From the NCBI RefSeq assembly GCF_004010195.1, contig NC_057728.1, positions 41,261,821 to 41,319,517 of the forward strand: a stretch of DNA of 57,697 bases. The letters are read 5' to 3'. The notes below the pieces were generated by a model. That model saw only the letters and a program-made list of their open reading frames with translations. It was not told the origin of the DNA and searched no databases. Of the stretch, positions 1 to 12,786 are shown piece after piece. Position 1 is the stretch's first letter. Every line of letters starts with the position of its first letter. This DNA is from Chiloscyllium plagiosum. Lineage: Eukaryota. Both the position numbers and the translations under genes were made by a program.

Positions 1-911
1 GGAGACGCTAGATTTAAACTACAGTCTGTAAAGGGGAAATTCCTCTCTCAGGGATTTTAGAGCCTTTCTGGGCAGCTTTCTTCAAGGTCAATGGCAAACT
101 CAATCTTATTGTTACTGCCTGCCAAAGTCTAGGTACATATCTCCAACCTACCATTGGAAAAGAACTATGTTGAAGTTGTGTTATGGCTCAGGGATGCCTG
201 TCTGGTTCCCTAACCTCCTTTTCATGTGGTTTTAGCACTAATTATAATGTAGCTCAGCAAAACTCATTCAGTAGTGCAATTCATGGCTCATTAATTAAGC
301 AGTTTGATTTTCAATGACTTACTTTGTTAATAACTTGCCAATAACAAATTAATGTACCTTGTGGAGAGCACCTGCTTTTCACAAGCCAATATATGCCAAG
401 TATCTTACTCTGGAGTGAATTTGAAAAGGCATCAACTTTAGGCTGCACAGGCAGAATTCCTTCAGGTCATCATGAATTCACTTTTTAACCATCTTTAAAT
501 TATTATAATTAAAGCAAAGCTGATCGTCCCTCTGATGCTCCTTTTCCATTAGCGTTGGAAAGAATTTGAAACTGGGGATAGTTAATTATTAATAGTGTTT
601 TATATTGCTTTCATGTTAGCTGATAATTTTCATCTTGAGTAAAATAAGGGTGTCACTCATCTCTGTAGTTAAACAACACAAATGATCAGCAAAGTCTACC
701 TCCAGTTAGAGATAGCGTTCATTAATCAGGTAATGCTGGTAGCTAAAGTGTATTCCAACATTTTTAGACTTCCTCCCTCTGACTAATGATCTTGAAATGG
801 CGAGGAAGATGTGCTTCAGAGAGACTATTGTGCCAAACATCATCTTAATATTACAAACTTTCTTTCTGACTTTGTTGTATTTTTAGTCAACCTGTTCAGG
901 TATGCCATGAA

Positions 912-991
912 CCACCTCTGGAGCAGGTGGGACTTTAATCTGGACTTCTTGGTCCACAGCTAGGGAAACTACAACTGTACTACAACAGCCC
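912..991 (-). mobile_element. tRNA-derived SINE head (degraded)
   Basis: Similar to 5838-5918; minus strand has A-box/B-box-like motifs. Confidence 0.55.
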
Positions 992-1480
992 TTCCTTGCT
1001 ACTGCTTATGTCATTTCCCACAGCCAGTTCCTGTCCCTCATCACTCCTGTCAGTGATCTATACTGATTCCTGGTGGCCACAATGCTTCACATTTGAAGTT
1101 CTCATTCTCCATCCCTTCCTCATTGTATCTGAAACACATCTTCTTGCCATTTCAAGAACCTTAGTCACAGGGAGGAAGTCAGCCACGAGAGTATTGGAAT
1201 CAAAACATTTCAAAGCATCTGAAGGGGCTAAAGAAGTATTAAAATTTTGTTCTTGGAGGCTCATTTTGATTTTTCTATGTCCGAGTCTGTAATCTGAATA
1301 AACAATTCAACCAGGCATGATCTGGTCTTGAAAAATTGAAGGAACATTCATGTCTAACGACAAAGCTTCATCCTTCATCCAGACACCCACCATCCTCTGA
1401 TTTTTTTTTTTAAAAATGATTTTCTTCTTGTGCCCTCTAATCCTTCTCCCACTAAATTATCATGAAGAGTTAAACAAATT

Positions 1481-1880
1481 CTCTGGAATTTAGTGGTTTA
1501 AGGGTTGATTTTTATCAAAGTTTTCACATTATTGAGGGGAACAGATCAGGTAGATTAAAGACAAAGTATTTCCACCTGGTTGGGAAGTCTAAGGTTAGGA
1601 AATCTGGTCTAAAACAGAGCTAGACATTTCAAGATTTAAATTAGGAAATACTCCAACATGCAGAAGTGCAATAGAAGTTTGGAACTTCCTGCAGAATTGG
1701 AAGCTGATGCTCAATCAATTATTCATTTTAAATTGGAAGTTGGTAAATTTTAGTTAACCAAAGCTGCTTTGGGATAGGATGCATAGACAAGTATATAGAG
1801 TTGCACCACATATTGGCCATGATCTCATTACACAACAAAACAGGCTTTGACAACTAAATGGTTTACTTTCTGTTCCTATG
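1481..1880 (+). mobile_element. Degraded CR1 LINE 3' end
   Basis: Remnant of SLEF...RGDL-type ORF2 C-terminus, then a 3' tail ending ctgttcctatgt. Confidence 0.6.
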
Positions 1881-2160
1881 TCTTGTTTCACATCAATCAT
1901 AAACTTTCTTGTGCTTATTGTTCTTGAATCATATCAGTGTTGTGAAATTTTCCTGACAGTATGAAACATGGTCTACTCTGCTGCAGTATTGTAATTCTAC
2001 ATTCTCGGGTACAAATAGCTTACCAATGTAAATGTAATTCAACTTGTACAAGTCAGCCTACTATGAATTACTACTGGTTTACTACTTCATTTTTAGAGAA
2101 GTGCATCTTATCATCTTTACAGGTGTGCTGGTATCATGTTTACATTACTGGGCTAGTAAG

Positions 2161-2804
2161 TGTGATGATACTGCTCCTTTAACAAGATTATGTTGTCCTT
2201 GTTTTTTTTTCAGGAGATCATAAAAACACAAGTTCTGAAAAATCTGGAGTTGAAGGGTTTTCGGTCCAATTTAATTATAGCTAACAAATACTGCCTCAGG
2301 CAAAAGGCTTTCAAGTTTTAAAACAAGCACTTGTACTTGTTTTAAAGGGGAATGGCCTGTTCTCCCAGCTCAGCTTTACTATGGTTTAGTTTGGTCTGGC
2401 CTGTCACTGAAAGCAGTCAGGCAGCTGTAAAAGCTGCTGAACCTGAAACAGCAGGTCCCGGCTGATCCTCCTCACTCCCTGACATCTCTCCTTTTAGACC
2501 CTGTGTTTGATTTTACCTTTGTGCCAAGGGTTTATGGGGATTGTTGCGAGTATTTGGAACAACATCTTTAAGCTGGGATGATCTGTTGGGTTTCGGATAG
2601 ATTAAGTTCTTCAGTATTCTGTTCTTTTCTGTTTGTGTTTCATTTGGTAAACTTGTAAATAAATTCTGCTTTGTTTAAAACTAAGTGGTTTGACCAGCTG
2701 CTTCTGGAATATCTGTGTTACACCTGTTTAAAACAACTAGCAAAAAGCTAGGGTCTGGGCTATTTTCTTGAATTGTTTGAGGGGGTCTGGCCTGATCCAT
2801 AACA
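2161..2804 (+). mobile_element. Solo LTR (644 bp) with 4-bp TSD
   Basis: Begins TGTGATG and ends CATAACA (imperfect inverted termini, TG..CA); TAAG on both sides (2157-2160, 2805-2808); AATAAA at 2658-2663. Confidence 0.8.
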
Positions 2805-2909
2805 TAAGCCATGGATCTGAGGTGAAATCTCATTATGGCAGCTGTAGAATTTAAGGGCAAAGAATCAAATGAGTCTAGCAGAGAAAAACTTAAATTATTA
2901 TAAATACTC

Positions 2910-3140
2910 ATCTGGTTCATTAATACCCTTTAGGGATGCAAATCTATCATCCTTGACCACTCTGAGCAATAAATGACCTCCTTTCCATGATGCTGTGGTT
3001 GACTCTTAGCCACTGCCTTGCTTAGCTCAGTAAAACCACTCAGCCTGTTTTCATGAAGGTAACACACCATCACCACCTTGAAGGCAATTAGGAACAGACA
3101 GAAAATTGCCAGTAGTATGCATGTCCCTTGAATGGATTTT
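2910..3140 (+). mobile_element. Degraded SINE body/tail, same family as 6515-6848 and 22530-22692
   Basis: Shares aaatct.ccatcctt, gtggttgactctta and aaggcaattagg motifs. Confidence 0.5.
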
Positions 3141-4464
3141 AAACAGTGTTATAATTTGTGCATATTACATGCAGGGATTGCATTGGCAACACAGAAGTCC
3201 CCTAAGCCAGCTAGTATAAGCCTGAATCATTACTGCTGACGCCTGCTATGTATTTTCCTGGTTTGGTTTCCTAATTACCCACTGACTGATTTGAAGTTGA
3301 AATGACATTTGAAAGTCCTGAGTTTCTTTAAAATATTGAGGTTCAGAGGTTTCTCACCTTCGTGTGAATTCAATGCAGACAAATAAAATTGCAACAAGAG
3401 AGTTAAATTCCCACAGCTCAGTAGTTGGCCCTTTAAAATTAAGTTCTGATTCTCATTTTTAAAATAAAGTAAAATACTGATGAATTTCACATCTCCAACA
3501 CACTGTGATTCATTTGGACTGATCAGCATATTTAAAATGGCTGGTGTTTTCCATAAATATTGTGTGTTTCAATTTACATGTTGCTGCGCAGATAAAGCAC
3601 ACATGCTGTTATAGTTCATATATTAATGATACTGAATCACAGATGAAAGCTAATGTAGCATTTATGAAACCTGACTTGGAATAACTTCTGACAGAAATCA
3701 TTAAGGCATAAATATTAAGCATGTGTGTCGGTTCTAGATTGTTAACAAATTTTATAATATTAGATCTTGAACACATGTAAAGGAAAAAGATTGGTTTTGA
3801 AATGGTTAGATGATTGGATTTAATTGAAATCTGAAAATGTGAACCTTGTACAATGTATAAATGTCACCTTAAACCCTGAGATTACAGACCGGAATTTTGT
3901 TTGGTATAAATAAAATCTCCGCTACAATCAAACATGGCTAGGAGGCACAGCTAACATCTGTACTGACTTTAAGGTTGCTCAATATTGTTGCATTGAAGCC
4001 ATTGAGCTATTTTTGCTTGCTGTGATTGATGGTTAAATAGTCGGTTCGTCAAAATCTCAACTCTGACCTAGCCCACATGGTGTGTACATGGTGCATGAGT
4101 AGCTTTTGGTAAACTGTGCTCCCCATATTTAACCTGCCACGACTCCAGCAACACGCAGCCGCCCACCTGCCTTGGCAGTCTGAGATCTAATGAAACTGGA
4201 AAAGTCATGAGTTGATAATGGCATTGGTGTCACTTATTAATTATCACTCCTAGGATTGAAAAGTCTGAAAAGTTTGCCTAAACCTAGCATCAAAAACTGG
4301 GAGCAACCATCTTTGGGTCAACAGAGTGAAGAGATGCAGAAGATTTTTAAAAATCCAATCTAATCCCTGGTCCCTGACTTGCGACTGGATCTCCTGTCAT
4401 GTATCAGATGTTATTGTTGATGTAGGGTTTCGTAATTGCAAATAGAATCAGATACCCAAAGGTT

Positions 4465-4878
4465 CTATAGGCCGGTGAGTCTCACTTCTGTTGTGGGCAA
4501 AGTCTTAGAGAGAATTGTAAGGGATAGGATTTATGCATAATGTGATCAAGGATAGTCAGCATGGTTTTGTGAAGGGCAGGTCGTGCCTCACAAACCTTAT
4601 TGAATTCTTTGAAAAGGTGACGAAGGAGGTTGATGAGGGGAAAGCGGTAGATGTGGTATATATGGATTTTAGTAAGGCGTTCGATAAGGTTCCCCATGGT
4701 AGGCTACTGCAGAAAATACGGAGATATGGCATTGAGGGTGAGTTGGAGGTTTGGATTAGGAATTGGCTAGATGGAAGAAGACAGAGGGTAGTAGTTGATG
4801 GCAAAGTTTCTTCATGGCGGGTCGGTGTGGACTTGTTGGGCCGAAGGGCCTGTTTCCACACTGTAAAGTAATCTAATC
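4465..4878 (+). mobile_element. CR1 RT fragment joined to an HE1-type 3' tail
   Basis: YRPVSLTSVVGK, QHGFVKGRSCLTNL, YMDFSKAFDKVPHGRL; from 4816 ggcgggtcggtgtggacttgttgggccgaagggcctgtttccacactgta then taatctaatc. Confidence 0.9.
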
Positions 4879-5837
4879 ACTACTGCCATACTGGGATAGT
4901 TCCATCACAGAAGCTGAATGTTTCTTTCATGACAGGACAGAACAGGATAAGCTACTAATTTGGGTGTGATTCGAGGTAGAAAAATATACTGAGAGAAGAG
5001 CGGACATCCAAAGATTAAAAAGTTGTGAAATGTACTTGTGGCGGAGGGTGGAGCAGGTCACTTGGAGAAAACATGAACAAAGAAAACATTCTCAAGTTGG
5101 TGACAGAGAAAAGGTGATTCTTGTATATCATCAACAAATCAAGGTTGGGGTTGATCAGGGTTAAGGCATTAGAACCTGCGGAAGGAGTTGATTATTGATT
5201 ATTAGAGGGATGCAGGTGAAGAGAAAGAGATTGCTGATGTGAGACAGGTCAGGATTGGAGGCTTCTATGAGAAACTAATGAGGGAAGCATGAGACTTGGA
5301 AAAGTGGAGAAATGTGCAGAAAGCCTGCTATCCAGCAGGTCCCTGCACCACGATTTATGACTGGTATACCTTTGCCATTTTTCATCTGGGCTGACATTCA
5401 GATCTTTGGCATAATGTCAACAGCAGTTACCATCTCTGCAGTTGATCCTCAAGACTACTGAATGTGAATGTTTGTGGTGGAGGGTTAGGATAGCAGTGGA
5501 TGTTCTTTTCTGTACCGAGGTATCCTTTTCACTTGACGAATAATTACACGGTGCTCAATCATCTCACAGGTTTAACAGTCTCTCCACACTTGCATTGCTC
5601 TGGACTTTTGCTGTGTAAACCTCTGATATGCTCTCCCCTGAGCTTCTGTAGGTGTTTAACTGTCTCCTTGAACTATCAACTAGCATTCAATCGATAAATC
5701 AATTCTGTAGGTCAGCACTCAGTAGTGTGTAGAATTCACTGCTGCAGCTGAAAAGGATTGACAAACAGAGGGTATTGCCCAAGAAACATTCAGCAATTGA
5801 AATATTTTCCAATCACCTTGTACACAAACGTCATTAC

Positions 5838-5918
5838 ATACCTCTGGACCAGGTGGGACTTGAACTTGGGCCTCATAGCTCAGAGATAGAGACACCACTA
5901 TTACACCACAAGAGCCCC
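5838..5918 (-). mobile_element. tRNA-derived SINE head
   Basis: Minus strand gggctcttgtggtgtaatagtgg (A-box-like) ... aagttcaagtcccacc (B-box-like). Confidence 0.65.
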
Positions 5919-6514
5919 ACAGTCAACAATTGGGAGCTAATTCCTAAATAGTGCACAGCTGATCATTTCTAGGTTATGCTAGAACCCTGGAGTTCATTTG
6001 TGTCTATGTATAACGTTCTGGCCAATTTGTTTAATAGAGTTCTTAGTTTTTGCTGAGTGACCACATTTCTGATTTATTAGGTAATGGACAGTAATTCCAT
6101 TCGTTATGCACAAAAGAGCATCACACTTATTTGTGGTGTTGTTAATGCAGGTTTATCAATTAATGTTTGAATTTAATACAAAGAAATTTTTGTTTGGTAA
6201 GCAATATTGATGTCCATTTTGTAGAGGTGACCTATTCCTTGCATGTGAACAAAGAATTGAGTGCTTTTATATCAGATGCATAATAGAATCTTAAGTAAAC
6301 TTCTGAGATTCAGGATTTTTGAAACTAACTATGGAAAACTGAATGCACATAAACCGTTTCCTTTGAGTGATTTGTTAGAAACTGCTACTCTGTAAAGGAA
6401 TGAAATGTGTGCATAGAGAAATATTTCCATCTAAACAACTCATCGTCTCATTTTTTTTGTTCTGATTAAGTGAATTTTATTTAAAACGGAAGCTTTTTAT
6501 TTTAATAAAAGATT

Positions 6515-6848
6515 ACTCATTTTCTGGGATGTGGGTATTACTGTCAAGGCCAGCATATGTTGCCAACTAATTGCCCATCAATTGAGTGGCCTGCTGGGCC
6601 ATGTCAAATAGAAGGCAGTTAAAAATCAATCATTCTGTAGTAGGCCTGCAATCGTGTCAGATAGATACATCCTTATCAGATTGGTGAACCAGATATGTTT
6701 TCATGACAATTGAGACTCGTTTTTATGTTCCAGTTTTGTTAATTGAGCTTAAATTCCACCAGCTGCCATGGTGGGAATTGAACCCCTGTCCCCAGGTGCC
6801 TATGGATCACTAGTCCAGTGATATGTTACCACTACACCACCATCTCCC
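6515..6848 (-). mobile_element. tRNA-derived SINE with L2-like tail
   Basis: Minus strand gggagatggtggtgtagtggtaa ... ggggttcaattcccacc; tail gctggccttgac...cccacatcccag resembles the LINE end at 56105-56740. Confidence 0.7.
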
Positions 6849-7859
6849 ATAGTACTTTTATTGCAAAGATCATGAGAACATAAGAAATAGGAGCAGGCAA
6901 AGGCTATCTGGCCCATCATGCCTGCTATGCCATTCAATAAGATCATGGCTGATCTTTTTGTGGGCCCAGCTCCATGAGGCACTTCACTGGAGTATTATTC
7001 ATTTTGCCTGCACTCCACTACTTCATCTCTCCATTTCTGGTGATACTAACTCATGCTGAGATATAATTCTCCAGTAACTGATCATTTTATACTATCTAAG
7101 TCAGTTGTCTATTTTTAGTGTGAGCTTAACCAGTGAGTGCTGCAATGCAATTCAGTTGTGTGTTCATTGTAGCCAAACCCTATCTTTGCCCAAATTATAT
7201 GCACGTGCACTTTCTGTGAATATTGCTGAATATTGATTAAAAGTAGAGACTTTCTAGCTTCCTTCAACTTCTCCTGCTCCTGACATACAAGGAGCAATAA
7301 TCCTGGCTGAATTTGCCCAATTCCAAACAGATTGGGAATCTGGTTTACACTTATGCAAGTGAGCAACAATGAGTGAATAAAGTAATGAAAATGTTTGGGA
7401 GCCAGATTTGTTTCACAACACCTGAAAAGCCTCAACAATAAATTACACTGGCCGGATATGATGTATCATTTTGGTTCTTAAGCCATTCCTATCTCAATCA
7501 AAGTATCTTTTTGTAATATTTCCATTGGCTGACGTCAAATTAAATGGCCTTTTAATTGTTTAATTTTGAGAAAACTTAGATTGCAGTAATCTTTCTTGAG
7601 TTTGATCAGCCTTCTTTGGGCAAGACTGTGGTCACTTCCCCAAAAAATGTTAAATTATTTTGACAATCCTTCCATTCTCTTTCATTTAATTCTTCCTCCA
7701 TCACTGTGAAAGCACAGCACACTCTAGTGTTCAGTTACCCATGTGCACATGTCTGAAGGTTTTGTTATAAAACTAAACAGTAACTATTAGTGAACAAACA
7801 AAACTTCTTTGTTTTGGAAAACTGTTGCATAACTTAAAAATCCATTTCTATCCTCACAG

Positions 7860-7929
7860 CACCTGCCAGCAGAAAACCAGGAGATCCACTCATTATTTCA
7901 GACATTAAGAAAGGAAGTGTTGCACACAG
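7860..7929 (+). CDS. GRIP1: GRIP1 internal coding exon (PDZ5)
   Basis: tcctcacAG|c...cacAG|GTgagc; 70 nt, phase 1 to 2; encodes [22 protein letters not shown](R), recognisable GRIP1 PDZ5 sequence; too short for the ORF track. Confidence 0.95.
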
Positions 7930-8422
7930 GTGAGCTTTGATACTTTGTAAGTACTTTAAAATAAAATGGGTCATCAAATGCATTGAGTTATCTATTCATA
8001 AAAGGACCAAATGCAAAATAAGATGTATGTAAATGAGACTAATGATAAGTCCTATACAGTTGTGCCACAGCTTGGATGAAGTTCATTTACATTTTGGCCA
8101 AACATAGGAATAACAAATTACCTTGCAGTTAAAGAGGTTTCAGTTTTCCCACAATCTGTTGATATCTATAATGTGAGCATGATTTCAGTTACAATTTATT
8201 ATAAGCTCTTCCTATCATCTGTCCATTCTTTCTGTGGGGAAAAAGTGAGGTTATGCACTTTGGCAGGATGAATAGAGGAGCCGTGTATTATTTAATTTGA
8301 GGGAAACTGCAGAAATCCACAGCATGGAGGTATTTAGGGGGTCCTCGTATAAATTACAAGAAGCTAGTTTCAAATTCTATAGGCAAATGGGAAGGCAAGT
8401 GGAATGTTGGCCTTAATTTTCA

Positions 8423-11002
8423 TAAGACCATAAGAAATAAGCTTGGAAGTAAGGCCATTTGGCCCATCGAGTCCACTCCGCCATTCAATCATGGCTGATG
8501 GGCATTTCAACGCCACTTACCTGCACTCTCCCCATATCCCTTAATTCCTTGCAAGATTAAGAATTTATCAATCTCTGCCTTGAAGACATTTAACGTCCCA
8601 GCTGTGCTCAGTGGCAGTGAATTCCACAGGCCCACCACTCTCTGGCTGAAAAATGTCTCCTCACTTCCGTTCTAAAGTGACCCCCACTAATTTTAAGGCT
8701 GTGCTCACGAGTCCTAGTATCCCCGCCTCTCAGAAATTATTTCCCAGTGTCCACCCTTTCTAAGCCAAGCATTATCTTGTAAGTTTCTATAGATCTCCCC
8801 TCAACCTTCTAAACTCTAATGAATACAATTCCAGGATCTTCAGCCGTTCATCGTATGTTAAGCCTACCATTCCAGGGATCATCCGTGTGAATCTCTGCTT
8901 GACACGCTCCAGTACCAGTATGTCCTTCTTGATGTGTGGAGCCCAAAACTGGACACAGTATTCTAAATGCGGCCTAACCAGAGTTTTATAAAGTTTCAGT
9001 AGCACGTTGCTGCTTTTACATTCCAACCCTCTTGAGATAATTGACAACATTAAATTTGCTTTCTTAACCTGCAAGCCAACTTTTAGAGACTCCTGGCCTA
9101 GCACTCGCAGATCCATTTGTACTTCGGCTTTATGAATTTTCTCACCTTTTAGAAAATAGTCTGTCCCTGTACTCTTTTTTTTTCCGAAGTGCAAGACCTC
9201 ACATTTGCTCACGTTGAATTTCATCAGCCATTTCTTGGACCACTCTCCTAAACTGTCTAAATCTTCCTGCAGCCTCCCCACCTCCTCAGAACTACCTGCA
9301 TGTCCACCTAACTTCATACCATCGGCGAACTTCGCCAGAATGCCCCCAGTCTCTTCATCTAGATCATTTATATATAAAGAGAACAGCTGGGCCCCAATAC
9401 TGAACCCTGTGGGACACCACTTGTTACCAGCTGCCTTTCCACCTCTCAGTCTTCTGTCAGACAGCCAATCCTCAATCCATGTCAGTAGCTCACCTTGAAC
9501 ACCATGGGCCCTCACCTTACTCAGCAGCTTCCCGTGAGGCACCTTATCAAAGGCCTTTTGGAAGTCTAGGTAGATGACATCCACTGGGTTTCCCTGGTCC
9601 AACTTGTTACCTCTTCAAAGAATTCTAACAGGTTTGTCAGGCATGACCTCCCCTTACTAAATCCATGCTGACTTGTTCTAATCCGATCATGCACTTCCAA
9701 GAATTTAGAAAGCTCATCATTAACAATGGAATGTAGAATTTTACCTACAACCAAGGTTAGGCTAATCGGCCTATAATTTTCCATCTTTTGTCTTGATCCT
9801 TTCTTGAACAAGGGGATTACAACAGTGATTTTCCAATCATCTGGGACTTTCCCTGACTCCAGTGATTTTTGAAAGATTACAACCAATGCCTCTGCTATTT
9901 CTTCAGTCACCTCCCTCAGAACTCTAGGATGTAGCCCATCCGGAACAGGAGATTTATCAGTTTTTAGACCTTTTTAGCTTATCAAGTACTTTCTTCTCTG
10001 TAATGGCCACCACACTCAACTCTGCCCCTCGACTTGTTGGGATATTACTCACATCTTCCATTGTGAAGACTGACACAAAGTATTTATTAATTTCTTCATA
10101 TTTCTTTATCTCCCATCACTAGCCTTCCTGCATCAATTTGGAGCAACACGATCTCTACTTTTGCCTCTCATTTGTTTCTCATGTATTGAAAGAAACTTTT
10201 ACCATCATTTCTAATATTACTGGCTAGCTTACCTTCATACTTGATCCTCTCCTTCCTTATTTGTCTCTTTGTTATCCTTTGTTTGTTTTTGTAGTCTTCC
10301 CAATCTTCTGATTTCCCAGTGCTCCTGGCCACTTTATTGGCGCTCTCTTTTTCTGTGATACATTTCCTTAGTTCCTTCGTCAGCCATGGTTGTCTAATTC
10401 CAATCCCCAACCGCCTGGGTAATCTTTCTTTTCTTTGGGACGTACCTCTGTACTGTGTCCTCAGTTACATCCAGAAACTCCTGCCATTGTTGCCCCACTG
10501 TCTTCCCCACTAGGCTCTGCTTCCAGTCGATTTTCGTCAGTTCACCATTACATCCGATTTTGCCTTCTCTCTTGAACTGCAAACTGAACTCTACTGTATT
10601 ATGATCGCTGCCTCCTAAGTGTTCCCTGACTTTAATATCTTTTATAAAGTCTGGCTTGTTACATAGCACTAAGTCCAGAATAACCTGCTCCCTTGTGAGC
10701 TCCATCACAAGCTGTTCCAAAAAGCCATCCTGTAAGCATTCCATGAATTCCCTTTCTTTGGATCCACTGGCAACATAATTCACCCAGTCCATTTGCATAT
10801 TGAAGTCCCCCATGATCACCGTGACCTGATTTTTCTGACATGCCCTATCTATTTCCTGGTACATCTTGCGCCCCTGGTCCTGACCACTGCTGGGAGGTCT
10901 GTACATAACTCCCATTATGGGTTTTTTTTTTGCCTTTGTGGTTCCTCAACTCCACCCACACAGTCTCCACATCATCTGACCCTATATCATTTAATGCCAT
11001 AG
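8423..11002 (-). mobile_element. 5'-truncated CR1 LINE ORF2 (endonuclease + RT), frameshifted
   Basis: ORFs with VMYRPP, MGDFN, GSDHN, NYRPISLT, YLDFQKAFDKVPH, KFADG, LVRPHLEYCVQFW; 3' tail cttatggtcttatg; attttca/atttca at the flanks. Confidence 0.95.
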
Positions 11003-11032
11003 ATTTCAAAGGGAATGGAGTATAAAAACATG

Positions 11033-11188
11033 TAAAAGTGAGGACTGCATCTGCTGGAGATGTTTCAGGCAAAAGCCCTTCATCAGGAATCAAAAACCTT
11101 GATGAAGGGCTTTTGCCCAAAACACCGATTCTCCTGCTCCTTGGATGCTACCTGACCTGCTGTGATTTTCCAGCACCACACTCTTGAC
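11033..11188. mobile_element. Penelope-derived mini element with two inverted decayed hammerhead motifs
   Basis: TSD tataaaaacatg (11021-11032) / tataaaacatg (11189-11199); minus attcCTGATGAagggcttttgcctGAAAca; plus cttGATGAagggcttttgcccaAAAcacc. Confidence 0.8.
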
Positions 11189-11322
11189 TATAAAACATGG
11201 AACTCTCGCTAAAACTATATAAGGCAGTAGTCAGATCACAGCTGGAACACTGTGGTTAGTGTTGAGCCTTTCTCTAGGGAAAGACATACTGGCATTGGAG
11301 GCAGTCCGGAGAAGGTATCACT

Positions 11323-12137
11323 ATGGTGGAAGATTGGGCAGAGAATTGGCAAGTGGAGTTTAATTTGAACTGTGAACTGATGAACTTTGGGAGATAAAAG
11401 GCAAAACGAAAGTACATGGTTAATGGCAGAACCCTTTGGAGTATTGATATATAGAGGGATCCCTGATAGCTCACTGAAAATGGCAACACGAATAAGGTGG
11501 TAAAGAAGGCAAATGGTATTCTTGCCTTCATTGGTCAGGGTACTGAGTATAAAAGTTGGCAAGTCATGCTGCAGCTCCATAAGACTTCAGTTAGGCAACG
11601 TTTCGAATCTGGTCCCCACACTATAGTAAGAATGCAGAGGCTTTGGAAAGGTTGCAAATAAGGTTTACCACCTTGTTGTCTGGATTGGAGTGTATTGGCT
11701 GCAAGGAGAGGTGTTACAAACTTGGATTATTTTCACTAGAGGATTGGAGGCAGAGAGGCGACCTGACAGAAGTGCGTAGAATTGAGAAGCGTGGATAGGG
11801 TGGATATTCGGAGTTTTTTTCCAAGGGTGGAAAAGTCTAACACCAGGGGGCACAGGTTTAAGGTTAAAGGAAGAATGTTTAAGGGAGGTCTGCAAAGCAA
11901 GTTTTTTTTAAGCATAGAATAGTAGATCCTTGGAACATGCTGCCAGGGGAGGTGGTTGAGCAGATGTATTAGCATATTTGAGGCATTTAGACAGACATAC
12001 AAACAGGAAAGGGATAGAGTAATATAGATCACTTGCATGCACATGAGATTAGTTTGGAACGGCATCATGATTAGAACAGACTTGATGGGCCGAAGGGCCT
12101 GTTCCTGTGTTGTACTGTTCTGTGTTCGATGTTCTAG
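11323..12137 (+). mobile_element. CR1 LINE 3' fragment
   Basis: WAENWQVEFN...; tail gggccgaagggcctgttcctgtgttgtactgttctgtgttc. Confidence 0.85.
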
Positions 12138-12529
12138 ATTGATCCCCAGCACAGAGGGATTTACTTACATGGAAAGGTTGCATAGTTTGGGCCTATCATC
12201 GACAAATTTAGAAGAATGAGAGGCAACTTCATTGAAGCATATACAATTCTTAGGGGACTTGACAGAGAAGCTATGGAAAGGCTGTTTTCCCCTGGGGACA
12301 GGCTAGGACTAGGGAGCATAGTCTCAGAGTAAGGGGTCACCCATCTGAGAGAGACAGGAGGAGGAATTTATTATTTCAGAGTGCAGTAAATTTGTGGAAT
12401 TCTTAATCACATGGACTGTTGAGGTTGGATTTTTATGTCTACTCAGCTTTTCGTGAGTACACCTTCAAAGTTTACAGCTAATGTCAAATTGGCAAGTATG
12501 ATTGTTACAGAGATAGACATTAGCAACAT

Positions 12530-12786
12530 TAAATAAACAAGATCCTTTGCCTGGGGTGGGAGAGTCCAGAACTAGAGGGCATTGGTTTAGGGTGAGAGTG
12601 GAAGAATTTAAAAGGGAACTAAGGGGCAACTTTTCATGTAGAGGGTGGTGCATGTATGGAATGAGATGCCAGAGGAAGTGGTGGAGGCTGGTACAATTAC
12701 AACAGATTTAAAAGGATGGGTATATGAATAGGAAAGGTTTAGAGAGGTGTGGGCCAAGTTCTGGCAAATGGGATTAGATTAATTGA
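12530..12786 (+). mobile_element. CR1 3' fragment
   Basis: ggggtgggagagtccagaactagagggcat (ESRTRGH), same family as 33991-34950. Confidence 0.75.

Larger units (their letters stand above)
8235..12440 (+). mobile_element. Old CR1 3' fragment split by three later insertions
   Basis: Colinear pieces at about 8235-8422, 11003-11032, 11189-11322 and 12138-12440 (EVMHFG; SKGMEYK; KLYKAVVR; RL.P...ERL). Confidence 0.7.

Noticed and set aside
1037..1110. Possible L2 remnant; similar purine/pyrimidine-skewed tracts at about 4950-5330, 47050-47290 and 51990-52200
   Set aside because: Too decayed to call without alignment.
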